Of a DNA stretch of 64,000 bases, positions 58,856 to 64,000 are shown piece after piece; the first letter of the stretch is position 1; each line of letters starts with the position of its first letter. Source of the stretch: Octopus sinensis (taxonomy: Eukaryota). The notes under the pieces were generated by a model. It worked only from the letters and a program-made list of their open reading frames with translations. It did not search any database and had not been told where the DNA came from. The stretch lies in contig NC_043019.1 of assembly GCF_006345805.1 (NCBI RefSeq), positions 10,477,360 through 10,541,359 of the forward strand. The letters run 5' to 3'. Made by a program: the position numbers and the translations under genes.

Positions 58856-59263
58856 TTGCACAAATGCTGGTGTATTTACATCCCTGTAACTTAGCAGTTC
58901 GGCAAAAGAGACCAATAGAATAAGTACTAGGCTTACAAAGAATAAATCCTGGGGTTGATTTGTTCGACTAAAGGCGGTGTTCCAGCTAGGCCGCAGTCAA
59001 GTGACTGAAACAAATAAAAGAGTAAAAGAGATTGAACACCACGCATCCGTTTCCAAGTAAGTTTATCTTAATAATTCCGATACGACCCTATTTTGTATTG
59101 TTCTCTTTTCCTCTCCCCTTCACCATTCTCTATCTGTCCCTCTCTCTTTGTCACTCTTCCTCCTTTACTCTCTCATTGCTCACACATGATCATCGGCCAT
59201 CTTTCTTTTCCTAACTTGAGCTTCTTTCTTTTCTTTTGATCTGTCACAGATCACACGCATTCT
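58856..59263. repeat. 408-bp direct duplicate of 61353-61760
   Basis: SINE 3' end plus non-SINE pyrimidine-rich flank; about 11 substitutions by manual count. Confidence 0.88.
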
Positions 59264-59269
59264 GTCACA

Positions 59270-59650
59270 GACCGCCATTTGGTGTTGCTACATGATTTTA
59301 CTTCACGAATGCTTTTTAGCAATTGCCATTTGGTGCATGAGTGAGTTCGGTGCAGCTGCCCTCATCTGCACCTCCTGCCATGAAGTTGGTTCATCTGGGA
59401 CACCTGACAGGAAGAGATCCAGTTTCATTTTAAAGACATCTGCATCCACCCCATGCATGTCTCTCAGGTTCTTCGGGAGGATATTGAAGAACTGTGGGCC
59501 TCTGAAACCCAGGCTATCACAGTATCTTGTCCTACATCTTGATGGCAAATTTGGAGTCCTTGGCACTATGCAGTGGGAGAAAACAAAGTCCTTGGGAAGG
59601 AACACTTGTGTAAGTATGCCGGGAGCGATAATGGTGGACATGATACAATT
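59270..59650 (-). mobile_element. CR1-type LINE 3' fragment
   Basis: SLGFRGPQFFNILPKNLRD...VFKMKLDLFLSGVPDEP. Confidence 0.8.
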
Positions 59651-60570
59651 ATAAACCATATGAGTACTGAAGCTAATGTAATCAACTATCTCCCTCCCGC
59701 CAAATTTGGGGCACTTGTCCTAGAAGTCAGGTTGATCGTGTTTTTGGGGGAATTTAATTGTTAGACTTTCCATTGTTTTTGCTTTGGGATTTGGTTTGCA
59801 AGATTCTTTATATGAGTTCGTGTGTTGAAGCATATTCTGTTGTGTCTGGGGAGAGTCATTCTCTTTTTGCACCTTATTTATTTAACACACTCACCGGTAA
59901 AATTTCCACTTATTTCGTCTTTTTATTTTCCTAAACTTTTCGTTGCGTCTTGCAACCTTTTCAATAGTCTTGACTCTGTCCGTTGTTTACACTACGTTCC
60001 CTTTTGTTTGTTTGTGCGCATGTGTGTGGGTCAGTGTGTGCGTGTGTGCCTATACATGCATACATGTACGTATGTATGAGTGTGTGAGTGTTTGCATGTG
60101 TATGTATGTATATATGTGTATGTATGCATCTGTATGTACGTATCCTATTTACTCATTTCAATCACACTCTGTGTCATATTGTCCCCGATACTGCCCCCAG
60201 CCTTTTTATAAGAACCCCCAGTGGTTAATAAAGAAAAGATTATTATTGACTGTTTGCCCCAATAATAATAACGGTGGAATTGACCTTGGTGAGATTTGAA
60301 CTCGGAACTTTAAAGAGCCGGAACAAATACTACAAGTAAATTTTGTTCGGTATTGGTGGGATTCTGTCAATTTACTGCCCTACACTTAATAATGATAGTT
60401 CTTCTTTGGGCACAAGGCCAGGAATTTCAAAGGGAGGGATAAGTATTGACTCTAATGCTCAAGTAGTACTTATTTTATCGACCTGAAAAGATAGAAAGCA
60501 AAGTTGACCTTGGCGGAATTTGAACTCAGTGTGCTAATGATTCTGCCTGCTCACTGCCTTAATAACAATG

Positions 60571-60603
<33 letters not shown>

Positions 60604-60605
60604 TA

Positions 60606-60637
<32 letters not shown>

Positions 60638-62189
60638 GCGCAGGAGTGGCTGTGTGGTAAGTAGCTTGCTTACCAACCACATGGTTCCGGGTTCAGTCCC
60701 ACTGCATGGCACTTTGGGCAAGTGTCTTCTGCTATAGCCTCGGGCCGACCAAACCCTTGTGAGTGGATTTGGCAGACGGAAACTGAAAGAAGCCCGTCGT
60801 ATATATGTATGTATATATATGTGTGTGTGTGTTTGTGTGTCCGTGTTTGTCCCCCTAGCATTGCTTGACAACCGATGCTGGTGTGTTTATGTCCCCGTCA
60901 CTTAGCGGTTCGGCAAAAGAGACCGATAGAATAAGTACTGGGCTTACAAAGAATAAGTCCCGGGGTTGAGTTGCTCGACTAAATGCGGTGCTCCAGCATG
61001 GCCGCAGTCAAATGACTGAAACAAGTAAAAGAGTAAAGAGTAATAATAATAGAAGTCCTTTCTACAATAGCACAAGGCCTGAAATTTCGTGGGAAAGGGA
61101 CTAGCCGAATACATCGACCCTAGTGTTTCACGGGTACTTAATTTATTGACTCTGAAAGGATGAAAGGAAAAGTCAACCTCGGGTGGAATTAGAACTCAAA
61201 ATGAAAAGAGACGGACGAAATACCGCTAAGCATTGTTGTCCGGCACGGTAACAGTTCTACCAGCTCTACCAGTTCTACCAGTTCTACCAGCTCGCCACCA
61301 AATTATTTGATATTGAAAAGAATGTTGTTGAGAAATGGTTAGTAGTGTTTTTTTGCACAAATGCTGGTGTATTTACATCCCTGTAACTTAGCAGTTCGGC
61401 AAAAGAGACCAATAGAATAAGTACTGGGCTTACAAAGAATAAATCCTGGGGTTGATTTGCTCGACTAAAGGCGGTGTTCCAGCTAGGCTGCAGTCAAATG
61501 ACTGAAACAAATAAAAGAGTAAAAGAGATTGAACACCACGCATCCGTTTCCAAGTAAGTTTATCTTAATAATTCCGATACGACTCTATTTTGTATTGTTC
61601 TCTTTTCCTCTCCCCTTTACCATTCTCTATCTGTCCCTCTCTCTTTCTCACTCTTCCTCCTTTACGCTCTCGTTGCTCACACATGACCATCGGCCATCTT
61701 TCTTTTCCTAACTTGAGCTTCTTCCTTTTCTTTTGATCTGTCACAGATCACACGCATTCTTGTCTGTCTCCTCTCCTGTCTTTTCTCCTGTCAAACCTTG
61801 TTCCTCCAGCGTTCGCCACCCCACCTCGTTATGACATAGCAGCCCTTATTGCTTGTTTTCACTGTCCTGCTTTTGTTACAAACTTTAATCCTCTGCAAAT
61901 CCAAAATTGTATTTTGCTTTGCGGGAGCAACTGTTTTCTCAAAGACACATCTTGTTGTAATTGCTCAAAATACAGATTAGAAAAACAGCCGACAATTGAC
62001 GAAGGGTCGTTGTTTATGTTACTTGTTTTGCTTTCCGTTTGTTTCTTCCATTGTTCACAAAAAAGTTTGTATTCCATATTTTCATATTTCATATTTCACG
62101 TTGTTTACGTTTTATGACATCTTGTACCCATTTATGCGTACGTATATACATATATATCTAACTATGTACATTTGTGCAAGTATCTATGC

Positions 62190-62443
62190 ATATATATATA
62201 TATATATATAATATATATATATAATATATATATATAATATATGTACATTTATGTATGTATACATGCATATATATATATATATATATATATATGCATATAT
62301 ATATATATATATGAATCTGTGTAACTAGCTCTAATTTCATCACTACCCTCATTAAAAGGAAGAGACGTGGGAGAGTAAAATTCAACACCTCTCATCCACC
62401 CCACTTCTCTCTCTCTCCTCTCTCTCTCTCTCCATCTCTCTCT

Positions 62444-62502
<59 letters not shown>

Positions 62503-62992
62503 CACTGATGTAAGAGCCGGAACGAGCTGTATAATGAACAATTAGAATCAGTACCGAAATCAGGTTACATGTTTTACACTAGAAAATGGGCGTGGGGTGT
62601 AAGTGCACATTCGGTGAGGGTGACGGGACCGCCGATAATGATGGTGGTGGTGGTGGTGTGGTGGTGGTGGTGCTGGTGCTGGTGGTGCTGGTGCTGGTGG
62701 TGCTGGTGGTGGTGGTGGTGACAGTGCTGGTGGTGGTGCTGGTGCTAGTGCTGGTGAGTGTCAATGACAGGGTAGTGGTGTTTACGGTGACGGTACATTT
62801 AGTGATGATAATAGTGGTGGTGGTAGTGGCGGTGGTGACGGCGGTGATAATCATGAGGGTGGTGAGGGTTGTAATGGAGGGGGGGGGGAAGAATGCAACC
62901 AGATTGTTTTGTCCCCATCCTCATTTCAAACACATTCCTGCTCTGGGTTTTTGTTACTGTTGTTGTGGTGGATGCTGTTTTTGCTACTGCTG

Positions 62993-63051
<59 letters not shown>

Positions 63052-63429
63052 ACTACTACTACTACTACTACTACTACTAATACTACAATAACAACCAACA
63101 TTACTACTACAACCAACACTACTACTACAACTTTCACTACTATACTACTACTACTACTACTACAACCAACACTACTACTACAACCATTACTTCTGCTACT
63201 ACTACTACTACTTCAACTAACACTACTACTACTACAGCCATCACTACTACTACAACTATCTCTACTACTACTACTACAACCACCACTACTACTACTACTG
63301 TTGCTACTACTACACCTATCACTACCACTACTACTACTACTACCACTACTACTACTACTACTGCCGCTGCTACAACCAACACTACTACTACAACCATCAC
63401 TACTAATACTACAACTACTACTACCACTA

Positions 63430-63460
<31 letters not shown>

Positions 63461-63781
63461 AACCACCACTACTACTACTACTACTGCTGCTAGTGGTGCT
63501 TCTACTACCCCTGAGGACACTAACCGTTAACCTCACACCCACCCCCGCCCACAACCCAACAAGAAAAATCTCTCAGGAAATCTTTTTTATTATTTTTTCT
63601 CCTTTTTTTTTTCATTGGAATAAATTAGAAATTAACAATTTGTACAAAAACATTAAAAACAAGATAAAATAATAATAACAATAATAATAATAATAATAAA
63701 ACGTCTTCCCATTTAAATACCATAAATAGTCACATGCTACAACACATGACCAGACTGTACAACAACAGCAACTACTGCTGT

Positions 63782-63820
<39 letters not shown>

Positions 63821-64000
63821 AGTGACCATCACTGATTCTATTACCACCACCACCGCTACTACTATAACCAATACCACCACTACAGGCATCACTGTTACTA
63901 TTACTTCCACCCCCACCACAACCGCTGTTACCACCGCCACCACCACCACAACCACTACCAACACTACTACTCTTACTACCACCACCACCACGACTACTAC
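62190..64000. repeat. Cluster of simple repeats: (TA)n, (CT)n, (CA)n, (GGT/GCT)n, (ACT/ACC)n
   Basis: Direct reading; source of the poly-V/T/L/S ORFs. Confidence 0.93.

Noticed and set aside
58856-61760. LTR retrotransposon (two ~400-bp direct repeats)
   Set aside because: No TG...CA ends, PBS, PPT or gag/pol; the repeats are a SINE end plus flank.
62579-63991. Long poly-V/T/L/S ORFs
   Set aside because: Trinucleotide microsatellites open in several frames; no splice-consistent gene model.

Overview
Eukaryotic, repeat-dense genomic DNA, most consistent with an octopus/coleoid cephalopod (tRNA-derived SINE families resembling the octopus OK/OR SINEs, RTE/CR1/Tx1 LINE fragments, abundant microsatellites; species is inference). 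Two complete spliced genes can be assembled by eye, arranged tail-to-tail. (1) eIF3i (+ strand, 9 coding exons, 11116-33659, 325 aa) has a TCT/TOP-like start, an ATG-only first coding exon and a U12-type (minor spliceosome) intron at 21914-23381. (2) A C8orf74-like gene (- strand, 5 exons, 51669-35619, 281 aa) has an RFX X-box 4 nt upstream of its ATG. The rest is mostly mobile DNA: a frameshifted near-full-length CR1 ORF2, a fossil Merlin transposon with TIRs and three nested insertions, a Merlin-like MITE family with 8-bp TSDs, piggyBac-like and mariner MITEs, a Helitron, and pogo and mariner relics. The most unusual signal is that two unrelated SINE families form head-plus-concatemer arrays, each bounded by a single TSD (17 x ~183 bp at 42599-45706; 4 x ~240 bp at 52788-54157), and dimers with the same junction are inserted at other sites. 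Many near-perfect fold-back/inverted structures also occur. No rRNA, true tRNA or CRISPR was found. Most listed ORFs are microsatellite or SINE artefacts. TE coordinates are read by eye and may be off by several bases.
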